A DNA stretch of 64,000 nt. It comes from Saccostrea cucullata. Lineage: Eukaryota. A program made the position numbers and the translations under genes. Under the pieces are notes generated by a model that saw only the letters and a program-made list of their open reading frames with translations, did no database searches and was not told the DNA's origin. The stretch covers positions 62,001 through 126,000 of the forward strand of contig NW_026919765.1 of assembly GCF_032062105.1 (NCBI RefSeq), in the 5' to 3' direction. This document shows, in pieces, positions 12,270-24,605 of the stretch; the first letter of the stretch is position 1; each line of letters begins with the position of its first letter.

Positions 12270-12510
12270 TAACTGATTTTAAACTCACATAAAGGATTGC
12301 AACATCTTGATATGAAAACAATATTTTGGAGCATTTGGGCGATGAAAAATAAAATATCTTTTGAATTAGGAAAACGTTATTCATATTGTATTCTTCATGA
12401 GCTATATTTGAATAAATTTAATTTGTAAATATTCTAAATAAGGTTGTATATACATTTCAGACATCTTATGGATACAAGTGTTTCTTTTTATATGCCTCCA
12501 AGATTTCATA

Positions 12511-12675
12511 CCGTATATACTCGCCTATAAGTCGGTTGTATTTAAGAAGCTTGTATATCAGATGGACTGACCTCATATAAAACCATACTTTTAATAGCTC
12601 GCCTATAAGTCGGATAAAGAGTTTTAGACCAGAGATTAACTCCCAAAAAAACGACTTATAGGGGAGTATATACGG
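12511..12675. mobile_element. Tc1/mariner (pogo-like) MITE, unit B only
   Basis: TIRs ccgtatatactcgcctataagtcg / cgacttataggggagtatatacgg with a TA target duplication; empty site in unit A at ~5440-5450. Confidence 0.85.
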
Positions 12676-13059
12676 TAACTATATTTTACCACATTTTACT
12701 AAACTGTTAATAGTAAAGTCTCATATTTATTTTTAAAGCATAACTATTATATGTCTTATTCCTGATATTTAAACACTTGGTTTTTAGCAGAAAATGTTTC
12801 AGAGCAGCACATGCCTCCAATCTTCTTTTTGATTGGATGAAAATATATATGGGGATAATGTTTCAAATCAATTAAATGATTTAAGTCTAAGTAACAGATA
12901 ATAAACATATTTCAATACAAATATTTTTCTAAGTATTTGGACATATAAAAAGGAATGTTACGGAAAACAGATAAAAATACTTTTGATTTTGTTCCGCAGA
13001 CGTAGATTAAATACACATATATTTATCATGTAAAATGTAATATATACATTCACTTGTTT

Positions 13060-13366
13060 TTTATACCCCCCGCTTGAAAAGAGGTAGGGTATATGGCAAT
13101 CGGTATTTCCTGTCCGTCCGTCCGTTCGTCAGTCTGTCGCTTTGGGATACCAATCTCTTATCCACAACTCTTATACCACTGAGTGAAATTTAATGAAACT
13201 TTCATAGAATATTTATTACATCTTGCCATTGTGCACCTCCTATTTTGCTTTTTGATACGACACATATTTTGGGTTTCCCTGCCAATCAAAACATGGACTC
13301 TGCCATTATATCCATATGGGAGGAGGAGTATCACTTATTAAGCTCATTGCTCACAATACCTCTTGT
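13060..13366 (+). mobile_element. Helentron-type non-autonomous element (HINE/DINE-like)
   Basis: ttatacccccc...ggtata, (GTCC)n microsatellite, 3' end gagtatca...gctcattgctcacaatacctcttgtt; unit A keeps only the last ~30 bp (5597-5628). Confidence 0.7.
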
Positions 13367-14104
13367 TTTCTCTACGACTCATGCAACAAGTGTTTCATAA
13401 TGACATAATCCATAACAACAAATTACATTTTATTAGATTCTTAAAGTCTACTTTCTTGGTTTTAAGGTTAATCTTTAAGTAAATTGTTCTCTCTGTATTC
13501 GAAACTATAACTGGATTTATATATAGCAAAATAAAGTTCGTGTAGGTATTACTTAAACAATGACAAAGCGTCTTCATATTTGTATCATTTATGAAAAATG
13601 TTTTGGAAGAAGCAACAAGATATTTAAAGCAACATAAAAAGTATTCATCTTGCAAACATGGTGAACTGTTTATTCAATTTATTACACTCCCGCTTAAATA
13701 GTAGGAGGGTATATAGTGATCGGGATGTCCGTCCGTCTATACATCCGTTCGTCTGTCTGTTACGCTTTAGGGTGCCCATCCCTTACATGCAACTCCTTTA
13801 TTACCACTAAATAAAATTTGATGATACCTTTACAGAATCTTTGTTACATAGAGTCATTGTGCACCTCCTATTTTACTTTTTGATCTGTCAATTATTTGAA
13901 TTCATGTACATATTTAAGAAAACTTTTATTTGAACTGTTGTCTCCACAACAAAGATTCATATTAATTTAAAATTCATCAAAATAAATTTTTACTAACAAT
14001 TAAACAACAAATCATCTAAATATTTCAAACATTTGGTGAATGCCTCCAAGGCCTGCTAAAGCTCTTGTAACATGAAATACATAGATAAAATATGAAATTA
14101 AATA

Positions 14105-14455
14105 TGTGGATGAAACGAACAGTATTCTAGCTCAAAAGTTCATAAAACATTACAAAATAGGAGCAGAGCAAACACGGACCTCCAAATCACCAAAGGTGGG
14201 ATCAGGTGCCTTGGAGAAGTGAACATCCCCTGCTGACCGGTCACACCTGCCGTGTGCTTCTTGTCATGATAAGAAAATAACGGAAAAAAATTCTTGGACT
14301 ACTTAGTGTGTATACACTGTACAATGGCCTAAAAAATCAGTATGAAATAAAGTCAGATAGCATTTGACTTAATGATATTGTATTTGCCGACAAGGTGATT
14401 GCATCAACCATAGAACTTACAAAATAATTACTTTAAACTAGACTGCTGATAAGTC
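14105..14455 (-). mobile_element. Penelope-like 3'-end fragment extending into the RT C-terminal coding sequence
   Basis: Aligns with 34055-34400; holds a single copy of the unit that is amplified five-fold at 6413-6620. Confidence 0.8.
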
Positions 14456-16397
14456 CTAGCACTAGTATTTTCAAAGTTCCAATAATGGTTAAAGTTTTTA
14501 AAATATTTTAAGTTTAAAGTTTAGGAACGACATGTCTTAAATGTTGATACTAAAATAATCGCCTTGTTACAATGAATATACATGAAATATAGCTTTAAAG
14601 TACATGTATCATAATCGACCTCAATAGAACTCGCAGACATGCAGTGTTTGTAAAAATCAATTATTTTAAGATAAAAATGACATTCGATCGCCAATTTGAA
14701 GGTCGAGGTTCCATGCTTCAAGACTTTTTAAGATGATTTTTTGCAGTTTTCCATGTAAAATTTTGTTAATTAAAGGACATGTACAGTGGGATGGTAATAA
14801 AGGAAAAAAAGCAGCAATATGCACGATATTTTTTGTTTTATTAGAGTGTGAATGAAGTATGCAAAGATAAACATTAAACATTATTAAAGCTCAACATTTC
14901 ACTGAAAAAAAAAATACAAATCACCTGAACAATTGAGGTGAATCCTTGTATATAAAACATGAAGTTTTATAAAGGAATCATGAAAATTAGGGCAAAATAC
15001 ATTTTCAGAATATAAGTTAAACTGTATCTCCTCCAGTTTTATTACTAGCGAATTTTTTGAATAATGATATAATAATTTGCACTAGACAATATTCCGCTAG
15101 AAATAATGCAAAACCACTATAAATTCATGTTTCTGCATTTCTTTTCATTGATTATATTTTATAAAAATAAATAGTTGCAAACAATTATTAAAAATCTGGT
15201 TTAAACGTGCTGAAATATATAATTCTGATTCCAAAAATTACAAAATAATTGTCACTTTTACAAATATATTTGAATTGAGAACATCAGAGATAATATGCAA
15301 TTTCATATTAACTTGAAATATAAAAGAGCACGTGTACGGAGTCTGTCATCCATCAGTTTCAAATAAGGATGTTTTCTTGATATTTTAAGATAGGAGAAAA
15401 TTAAAATTAAATTATATGACAAACGAGATGACTTAAACTTTTCCGTCATCACCTTTCCTTATTTATGCAGTTATATTCAGTTATCTCCCGCATATATGGT
15501 GTTTACATTTCCCATCTTATTCTATAACACAGAGCATGTTTCAAGTACAATCAATTTTTAACATTACATGTAACCTCTCACTGGGTCATATTTTGTCTCA
15601 ATCGGTTCATACCGTTTGCTTAACCATTGTTTCTATGCAGAAAATGACGGGAGTATGTTTCATCTAGTCTACTTGATGAAAAAAGGGCCCATGGCGGGTG
15701 TGACAGGTCACCAGGGGATAAGTACTCCACCACTACATCTGAACCACATTCCAATGTTTTAAAGGCCCGTTTTTGCTCTGCTTTTAATCTTTTTTACTTT
15801 AAAAGTTGAATATTGTTCGTTACTTAGACATTTTACTAACAAAGTAACAAAGATGTGGTACAATAATGTAGCCGTGCACACAATCAATTAGATTGTGTGT
15901 TGAGATTTTCACATTTGTATGTATTCGGATGTACAGTTGCAGGGAAAGGATCTATTAGACTAATATACAATTATACATGTACTAAATTTACTAGAAACCT
16001 TGATTGTTGATAAAATGTGATTTTCTAATGATTATTGTATTCTATCTACAAACTTGATACCATTAATAATTGGATAGTAGGTTCATAAGTTATTATATAA
16101 GGAAGACATGTTGACAGAAGAAACTTTTAACTATTTGTTAAAAAAAACCCTGAAATTTCGCTCAGTATTCAGGGAGATATTGTAATGAGCATTATGCCCA
16201 ATATAAGTAAGCTTTCTATAATGAAAGATGAGAGATATACAAATAATAAGAAAAACTCACGCGGAAACAAGCATAAATTATATATTCATTCTGATCAGAG
16301 TAGTGAGCGTAACAGGATGCAGGATTAAACGTTTTCTTCCTTTTGTCACTGAAAGTAGAATCTGATTAAAATAGATTATTTGTTACATATACAAGCC

Positions 16398-17630
16398 ATG
16401 GAGAACTCTACGAACTACACTTTATTGCTACAAAGTTCTTATTTTGATCTTGCTTTAGGTTGTACAATTCTGATTGGTATAGCAGCTCTTGTGGGAATAG
16501 CTGGGAATTTAATGATTATATTCTTTTATTTCTTTCGGATCAAAGACCGAGGAGAACGTTACTACATTCCGATTCTGGCAGTTATTGACTTTCTGGCAAG
16601 CATCACCAGCTCCTTATACAACATCATGGACAACTCTTATTTTTATAACTACCCCAATGACGTCATCTGTCGACTACTGAGCGCCCTACAGGTGTGTGTA
16701 CCGGGAATATCTGCTCATGTACTATTGTTGATATCAATACAAAGATACCTTCTAGTGTGTAAACCATTTGGACCAAAAATGACGTTATATTGGAAAAGAG
16801 TTGCACTGGGACTAGTTTGTGGAATTACAGTAGTCTATTCAGTTCCAATTTTGGGAACAGCTGGAGTGAAAACTTCCCAAGAAGTGTACCTAAATCACAA
16901 TGTTACTGTCAAGATATGCAAATTTTCGGCTGATTCATCGTCATACATAACGATTTATTTTGGAATTTTGTCCCTTATCATAATAGGTAACATTGTAGCA
17001 ACGGGAGCCTTTTATATTCCTGTTCTTAAACAAGTAAGAATAGCATTTCGTTCTTTTCGTAGAAAGGTAGCTAACAAATATAAAGAAGACACCGTTCCCA
17101 CAGAACTAGAGGCTGTTTCGGATTCAAACGCCGAGCAAATTGAAATGAAAACAATCTCGGTCTCTAATGCTTCAACTCCAGCGACAAATGAACTCCCAGT
17201 TTCAAATTTATCTCCAGGTAAAAATGCAGAACCCGGAAGTATTACAGAGACAGACGATACAGAGGATGTTGGTACTAATAATCCAAACATTTCAAAGAAT
17301 GAGAATACAGATGACAAACCGAAAGAAATGAAAGAAACCAAGTCAAAGCGTAAATCAGTTCAAAGGAGGTTAACTATGATGTTCTTTGTGCTTATCTTGG
17401 CATACATTATCTCTTACATTCCTCCCCTCGTGTTTTTGGTACTAACATACGCCATCGAAAATTTTAATTTTTTAACCTTAACAAAGACAGAGTCTGTGCT
17501 GTGGATATACCTTCCTCGTCTGGTGTTTTTGAACCATGTGATCAATCCATTCATATATGGATATTATGATACAAAATTAAGAGATCAACTGACAACGTGT
17601 TTTAAAAGGAAAAGACACATCATCAACTGA
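16398..17630 (+). CDS. Intronless class A GPCR, ~410 aa (GPCR-3)
   Basis: ATG at 16398 in gccATGg context (the ORF-track start at 16380 is a TTG); MENSTNYT sequons, GN, LAVID, QRY, SYIPP, NPFIY; aataaa at 17681. Confidence 0.95.
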   Translation: MENSTNYTLLLQSSYFDLALGCTILIGIAALVGIAGNLMIIFFYFFRIKDRGERYYIPILAVIDFLASITSSLYNIMDNSYFYNYPNDVICRLLSALQVCVPGISAHVLLLISIQRYLLVCKPFGPKMTLYWKRVALGLVCGITVVYSVPILGTAGVKTSQEVYLNHNVTVKICKFSADSSSYITIYFGILSLIIIGNIVATGAFYIPVLKQVRIAFRSFRRKVANKYKEDTVPTELEAVSDSNAEQIEMKTISVSNASTPATNELPVSNLSPGKNAEPGSITETDDTEDVGTNNPNISKNENTDDKPKEMKETKSKRKSVQRRLTMMFFVLILAYIISYIPPLVFLVLTYAIENFNFLTLTKTESVLWIYLPRLVFLNHVINPFIYGYYDTKLRDQLTTCFKRKRHIIN

Positions 17631-18304
17631 TTTAATATTCTAATATTCTATAACTCTTGTAAACTGTCCCTTTACTCTTAAATAAAAGTTTAAAAAATAC
17701 ATTATTCATGTAGAGGTAAAATACTGTCTGATATAGCTATCAAGATAAAGCTATCTGATATATATGATGTAAACTAAGTTTTTGCTCTATTTAAATGGAT
17801 TTGGCAGGTTTTCTAGGACGAATGAAATTATTCAGGCATTTTAAAAAAGGTAAACAAGATATTAAGCATTAACGTCCAGACACTGGCTATTTTTATTGAA
17901 AGACAATGTATTGATGGGTATTCAAAAATTCTGGACAACATTTAAACAGTTAAAGTCAAAATTTAAAGGCCTTTTGCATATGTTGAGAATGTATGAGAAA
18001 TACGTCACATCCCTAACAAGAAGTTACTTACAGTAGTTAAATATAATTAACTATATTAGATATATTGATTTTTATCTGATTTTTGTCCCCCAGTTTTTTG
18101 AAGATTTAAAGCTATAGTGAATCTGTGTAATAAAATCAAAAACATAAAATCTTTTGACTTTTCAACTTTTTCATAAAAACATTCCCCACAATAATCTCCA
18201 GCATTTCTTACATCATTGACAGCTGCTTTTCAAATGAAAAAGAAACTTTAAAAAATACTTACCTTGTCATTGTTTATTTGCAAAATTACTTCGGTAAGAT
18301 TAAT

Positions 18305-18490
18305 GATATGGGGATAACGAACAGTATTCAATATCAAAGTCCATTAAAAAAAACAAAATAGGAGCAGAGCAAACACGGATCTGAAAAACATCAGAGGTGG
18401 GATCAGGTACCATGGAGGAGTGATCATTCCCTGCCAACTGAACACTCGCCGTGTGCTCCTTGTCATGATCGGGAAATAACGGAAAAATCC
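18305..18490 (-). mobile_element. Penelope-like 3'-end fragment
   Basis: gatatggggataacgaacagtattcaa...tcagaggtgggatcaggtaccatggaggagtgatc...cgccgtgtgctccttgtcatgatcgggaaataacgg. Confidence 0.8.
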
Positions 18491-19863
18491 CTGCAGAAGA
18501 ATTTCCGAGATATAAGATTAACATTACAGGCGTGCGTTGTTCAAGTACGACTGAGTAAACCATTGTTTTTTGTCACAAGTGATCTAGATATTGACGTCAC
18601 GTTCACATTGCGACGTCAAATTATGGAGTAAACTATTTCATTACATATTCTCTCTACAGAACGTATTATATGACTCAGTGTGTGCCAAATTTCATTCTGA
18701 TCTGAACTTTGGTTGTACAAATACAAGTACACTGTATAGACGTAGTTCAGGCACTTTTTAATTACCCCTTGTATTATCAATTAACAATTATCTTATGGTT
18801 ACTTTAATTTTGTTTCTTCGATTAAACATCGCTGAATATCATCAATATGGCAATTTATAATGACGATGAAGCATCTGGCCATTTAGATGATTAGAACAGG
18901 CATTTCCGAAACCTGTTCCTTACCATTACAGTGTCTTATTTTATCTTACTTCATTTTAATCATTTTCGAATTCGTGTCTAATATATTGTTCAAAACTATA
19001 AACTCTATTTACAAAAAGGAGTTAGGTCTCTAATGTCAGAGGCAACATCATGTGGAGGACTTGTTAGAACAGTTTTTAGCATATTTTAGCATATTTAAAT
19101 AATTTTTAAAACTTAAGACTAATCGTTAGGTACAATATACATTTCTTTAACACAAATAGACATATGTTCTTAAAATAAACATATTAATGGAAAATAATAG
19201 TCTGTTTGAAAACAATACACCATGCACAACACCGTTAGGGAAATACTTTGGTGATGGGATCCTGAATTAGATATTCAGTATGTAATCATGGCGCTGAACA
19301 CTTAGAAAATACCATCAAGAAAAAGTTTTGCATTCTGTAAGTATTAATCTGTATTGTGTGTAGATCCGATGTTATTGTGTACCATACTAAAATTATCATA
19401 CATGTACATGTGAAAATGTTATTTCAATAAAAAAAAAAATAGTTTACAGCTTCAATGCTCTACTATTCGTATAACAGATAAACATGCCCTCTTTGAACTG
19501 TCAGATGGAAGATGGACTTGGATTGATGATATACCATATTATTTTTTATAAATATATATCTTTACATTAAACTACAGGGATATTTTTTATATCTTATCTG
19601 TATATTGTATTACACTGTTTTAAATTCTTAAATACGGACATATTAAATGGCTTATTAAATCAGAAAATGTAGGGCTTCAAAAGATAGATTTTAAAGTGAA
19701 ACTCAACTTAGGGTAATGTCAACGTTATCAGGATAAGGAAGTAAACATTTGTTTTAAATGATTTCTAAAACACAAAATGATTTTGCTTAAACTTAAGTAT
19801 ATCATTACCTGAATAAGAAAGAGAAGATTTATATCATAACAGAGTCCACCTTTTCTGTGCAAA

Positions 19864-21069
19864 ATGCTGAACAAAACCAACGCTTTAGTTATACTGCAGG
19901 AAAGTTACCTGGAATTAAGCTTACCTAACACCGTGTTAATCATCATGGCTGCTGTGATAGGGGTGACAGGAAATTGTTCTATCATAGTGATATATTTCTA
20001 TCGAATCAAAGAAAGAGGAGAGCGTTATTTCATCCCGCTACTCGCACTTGTTGACCTCGTGGGAAGCCTTACTATTGCTCCGTTCTACGTGATAGGAAAT
20101 CTTTATTTTTACGTGTATCCGAATGACAACGTTTGTCGAATCTTATCATTCTTCCAGTTTCTTGTCACGGGGATCTCAGCACACGTCCTGTTGCTGATAT
20201 CTATTCAGAGGTACCTCTTAGTGTGTAGACCATTTGGACCGAGAATGACACACTTCTGGAAAAGAGTTTCCTTTGCATTGGTGTGTATCTTCAGTTTAGC
20301 ATATTCTGTTCCAGTTCTGAAAACATCCGGAGTGAAAATAATGGATGATATCTACATGAACCAAACAATTTCAACTAGGGTCTGCAAATTTTCCGTGGCA
20401 AATTCAACCGGAGTTGTAGCTTATTTTGGACTGTTAGTTTTAATTTCAGTGTTGAATATTGTTATGACTGCAGGTTTTTATTCCCCTGTTCTGCGACAAC
20501 TAAGACTGTCAAAGAACATTATTTTCTCCACATGCACCCCTTTAGACAAAAAACGATGTAACCAATACTACTCATTCTCTGGCTCCTCAGTTTCAAATTC
20601 TGCTGGTGAAGAAACAGATCATTACGTTAATGAACCTAGTCATCCCACAACAGAACATCACAGTGAGAAATCAATCCCTACGGGTACAGAAACTAAAAAT
20701 GTCTCTATTTCTCAGGATAATTCTAGTCAGACTAAATCAGAGGAAACTCGAGCTGAAATCCCAAACAATGTGACAACCATGGATATTCGCTTCCGCCCAC
20801 AAAATGTAAGATTACAGAGGAGAATAAGTATCATGTTTCTTGTTGTTATCGTAACATATATTCTGTCCTACATTCCTCCCCTTATTCTTCTTCTACTCAC
20901 GTACACTATCAAGGATTTCAACTACATCACTCTGACCAAAGGAGAGACATTAACCTGGATTTATCTACCGCGCCTTCTGTTTATAAATCATGTTGTTAAT
21001 CCGTTTATATACGGGTATTTTGATGCTAAATATAGAGAGCAGTTGAGAAATTGTTTTAGAAGACAATGA
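19864..21069 (+). CDS. Intronless class A GPCR, 401 aa (GPCR-4)
   Basis: NKT sequon, GN, LALVD, QRY, SYIPP, NPFIY; clearly the same family as GPCR-1 to -3. Confidence 0.95.
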   Translation: MLNKTNALVILQESYLELSLPNTVLIIMAAVIGVTGNCSIIVIYFYRIKERGERYFIPLLALVDLVGSLTIAPFYVIGNLYFYVYPNDNVCRILSFFQFLVTGISAHVLLLISIQRYLLVCRPFGPRMTHFWKRVSFALVCIFSLAYSVPVLKTSGVKIMDDIYMNQTISTRVCKFSVANSTGVVAYFGLLVLISVLNIVMTAGFYSPVLRQLRLSKNIIFSTCTPLDKKRCNQYYSFSGSSVSNSAGEETDHYVNEPSHPTTEHHSEKSIPTGTETKNVSISQDNSSQTKSEETRAEIPNNVTTMDIRFRPQNVRLQRRISIMFLVVIVTYILSYIPPLILLLLTYTIKDFNYITLTKGETLTWIYLPRLLFINHVVNPFIYGYFDAKYREQLRNCFRRQ

Positions 21070-22004
21070 AGTTTGTTTTAGATTTATTACCATTGTTGAC
21101 AATTAAGAGGGGATGTAGGAACAAAGTTATGATATTGAATCAACAATTGGTACTGTAATAAATATTTTCAATATTGTGTTATGTCCTTTATAGTTTGTTT
21201 GTTTCTATTTTGTAGGATTTTTTTTTATCTGACAAGTAAAACAAGTGTGAATAATAATAAACTTATTCATTGTTTGAAATGACAAAATGATCCCTATTTT
21301 TGGGAGACTCCAGATTACGTAACAAAACTCCAGAATCAAAAACCTGATGTCATGTATACCTGTTTTAAAAAGGAATTAATATGTAGTGATAGAATAAACA
21401 TAGGTAACAAAAAGGTAAAATTAAAAAAAATTAATGAGTCGAGTTCCACGTTTTCTCAATTCTAAAATTCTTCATTTGAGAAATATTCGTTTTTAGAAAA
21501 AAAACGGCATAACCTTGCCTATCAACAAAATGTTTATGCACTGATATCCGACACATCTTTCCAATAAATACCTAAAAATTGTAATAAAAAAAATGTTCTT
21601 GTGGTCGGAGGAGATATCTGTGAGGATCACCGTCCAGATATTGTTTTGTAAAAGCAAACATTAGATGAATTATTTTTTTCTTTCAATTCATTTTGCACAC
21701 AAAATAATTCATCTTTAGAGTGCTCCTTGATTTAAAGTTTAAAATTTTTGATTTAAAGTTTAAAAGTTTTGATTTAAAACCTAGTTACTGGGTCATAGGT
21801 CAAGGTCATTGCGAATCTATGTTAAAGTATTATCATGGGAATATTTCAAACTCTCTATCTGTCTCAAATTTCACCAAAAGAGTTATCACCAGTTAAAGTT
21901 AAAATTAAAAGGCAAGGTTACACTAAAAAAAAACTGCTCCTTGAATCCCTTTATCAAAGTTTCTTTACTGAAAACAGGACCCTTTGACAGCCTCATCATA
22001 AAAT

Positions 22005-22122
22005 ATATGGAGATAACGAACTGTAGTTAAGCACAAAAGTCAATTAAACAATAAAATTTGAATCAGAGCAAACATAGACCTCTAAAACATCAGAGGTGGG
22101 ATCTGGTGACATGGAGGAGTGA
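22005..22122 (-). mobile_element. Penelope-like 3'-end fragment
   Basis: atatggagataacgaactgtag...agagcaaacatagacctctaaaacatcagaggtgggatctggtgacatggaggagtga. Confidence 0.7.
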
Positions 22123-22876
22123 AATCAATGATGCATATATCAACATTTTATCTAGCTATATATGTATGAAAACATGTTTTATGCGAGGTGAATATCTATA
22201 TACGTTCAGCAGGTTGTCTCTTGTGCCGATATACATGTAGCGTTTAATCACATGTATATAATTTAATACAGATGTATAATGTTAGTCATTTTATGGTAAA
22301 GAAAAATAATACTATATAACATAGAACTGCTTTATCAAGAAAGTATAAATATGAATAATTTAATAAAAAATTTGAATATTGCGTTTACTTTGTAAACTTA
22401 AATTAACGTGAGCAACAACAATCTCTAAATATTTCATTAACAGAAATAAATATTTTTTTATATTTTTTTTTCTACCAGAAATGTAAGGAAATCTGAATAA
22501 GTAGCCTTTACATGATACATGTATACGCAATACGAATTCTACAGAAATTAGTAAATAAACATTCAAGTAGGCATGTACGGGCCGTTAGTTTATGGTGTAA
22601 GTTTTTAATACATCTTTTAAAGAGAAAATCAACGTCCTCTTTTCAAAACGTGACAACATGCGAGGGTTTTATTTTTGAAAAATCAATGAATATCTGCACG
22701 AAAATCACCAATAAATCTGTAATAGTATATTCATCAAGAAGTTTTTTGCTGATCATTGAGGTATTGTAAATATGAATTTTACATTTACTTCCTGCTTCAA
22801 TATCTATATAATAAAAGACATTATCATTCTAGGAATTTTATATGTTTCATATTTTTGAGATTTAAAGACAAAGAGA

Positions 22877-23649
22877 ATGGTTTTCCTTCCTCTGTGTTTG
22901 ATTGTCTTTCTACAAACATCCATCATAGAAGGTAAATATGTCTTTGCTAAAAAAAAATCAATCCTTGTAAAAGTACCTCAACTTTTATTGTTCATTTAAA
23001 ATATAATAAGATGTTGCACAAACGGTTCATACGTAAAATATGCGATTTTAATAAGACTGTATTGATATAAAACTAAGGTTCGTATTACAAAAGCAAGATA
23101 TTGAGAAATAATATATTCAACTAAAGACAATTAATGTTTAAACAAATTTCTTAATTTTGAGTCACAAAAAGTGTTGCAGTAAGAACTGCAATGTTACAAA
23201 ATGTCAGGAATTGATTTTAAACGTCTATCTTTTGATTCACAGAGGTCTACTCAAGTCCTGCCATAGGATTTTCAGTGCAACTTTCAAGAGACACTCATTT
23301 GGGACACGGACAAGCGATCAGGTACGACAAAATTATTACTAATTACGGTAACAGTTACAACAAATGGACTGGACACTTTGTTGCTCCAAAGAAAGGATTA
23401 TACTTGTTTTCCTGTTCCATAATGGCATACAACGATGAAACAATTCATATTCAGATGGTAAAGAATGGTATCAAAGTATCCACGATTTATTCCAATCCTT
23501 CTAGATTTGATCACAGCTCACAGACAGTTGTGTTGGTCCTACAAAAAGGAGATAGCGTGTGGACAAGACAGGCATATTCAGGTAGACATCTACATAAAGT
23601 AGCGGTCTATAATATGTTTTCTGGTGTCCTCATTTCAGAAAACATTTGA
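22877..23649 (+). CDS. Secreted globular C1q-domain protein (signal peptide plus gC1q only), 153 aa, two coding exons: 22877-22931 and 23243-23649
   Basis: Exon 1 MVFLPLCLIVFLQTSIIE ends at G|GTAAAT; acceptor ttcacAG| gives a phase-1 join into E-VYSSPAIGFSVQL...; gC1q motifs: YDKIITNYGNSYN..TGHFVAPKKGLYLFS, VVLVLQKGDSVW, YNMFSGVLI. Confidence 0.9.
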
Positions 23650-23948
23650 AAGATGTTTACAATCCATTATTAAATATCAAAAAGCATGTTTCAAAGCTTA
23701 TACTATCTATAAAGTACTATCTATAAAGTAAATAAATGAACAATGATGCAAAATATGGCAATATTCTTGGTTTTTTATTATTTTTTCTTGTACATATTTG
23801 TTAAATTTGTTGCTGCTTTGCTCAAGCTGAAGGGGTGCAGTATTCAACAATCTTTCCCCTCTCTCGACTAATAATAGATATCATACCCAACAGAGAAATG
23901 TGCATAATATATATTGTTTCTTTGATAGAATCTGTGTCAATGATATAC

Positions 23949-24235
23949 TTTTAAAATCCCTGGATTGAAAAGCGGAAAGGTATATAGTAATCGGGATGTC
24001 CGTCCGTCCATCTGTCTGTTACACTAATCTGCAACTCCCCCCATACCACTGAATAAAATGTGGTGAAACTGTCACATTATCTTTATTTTATTTTGCTATT
24101 GTACACATCCTATTTTATGTTTTGATCCGAAACATATTTAGGTTTCTCCTAACAATACAGGGACACTGCCATTTTATTTATATGGAAGGCAGAGAGTATC
24201 ATTTAGTAAGCTCATTGCTCACAATACCTCTAGTT
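23949..24235 (+). mobile_element. Helentron-type non-autonomous element
   Basis: ggtatatagtaatcgggatgtccgtccgtcc...gagtatcatttagtaagctcattgctcacaatacctctagtt, same family as 13060-13366. Confidence 0.7.
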
Positions 24236-24605
24236 TACTACTGCACCACATTTGTGACTGATTTATACATGTACTTTATATCCATGTTGTCATATTTGCA
24301 AAGACATGAAATGTTGTATCTTTCAAGACTTTATATGTTTGATCCAGTGCAAGCGTTCCTACCTTTCATAACTTCGAATTCACTTGAACGTTTATGACTA
24401 TATGTTTTTTCAATTGTAATTCCCTCAAGTATCTCAGGTAAATTTATCATAATAGAGATAATATGATACCTGCCGTTATCGTTTAACACATATTCACTTT
24501 ATTCTACTACAACACAATAGAAAATGGTCATGTTAAATACATTTTACTTCTATTTTTATATACACCCACAACTTTATTTTTAGTATTCTCTCTTTCTTTC
24601 TAATA

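Larger units (their letters stand above)
7937..16123 (+). repeat. Tandem segmental duplication, unit B (contains GPCR-2)
   Basis: Colinear with 1-7690; similarity ends ~275 bp upstream of the GPCR-3 ATG. Confidence 0.9.

Noticed and set aside
4231-17341. Short antisense or alternate-frame ORFs overlapping the GPCRs (4231, 4662, 11312, 11680, 11725, 17012)
   Set aside because: Shadow frames of real CDSs with no independent coding signal.
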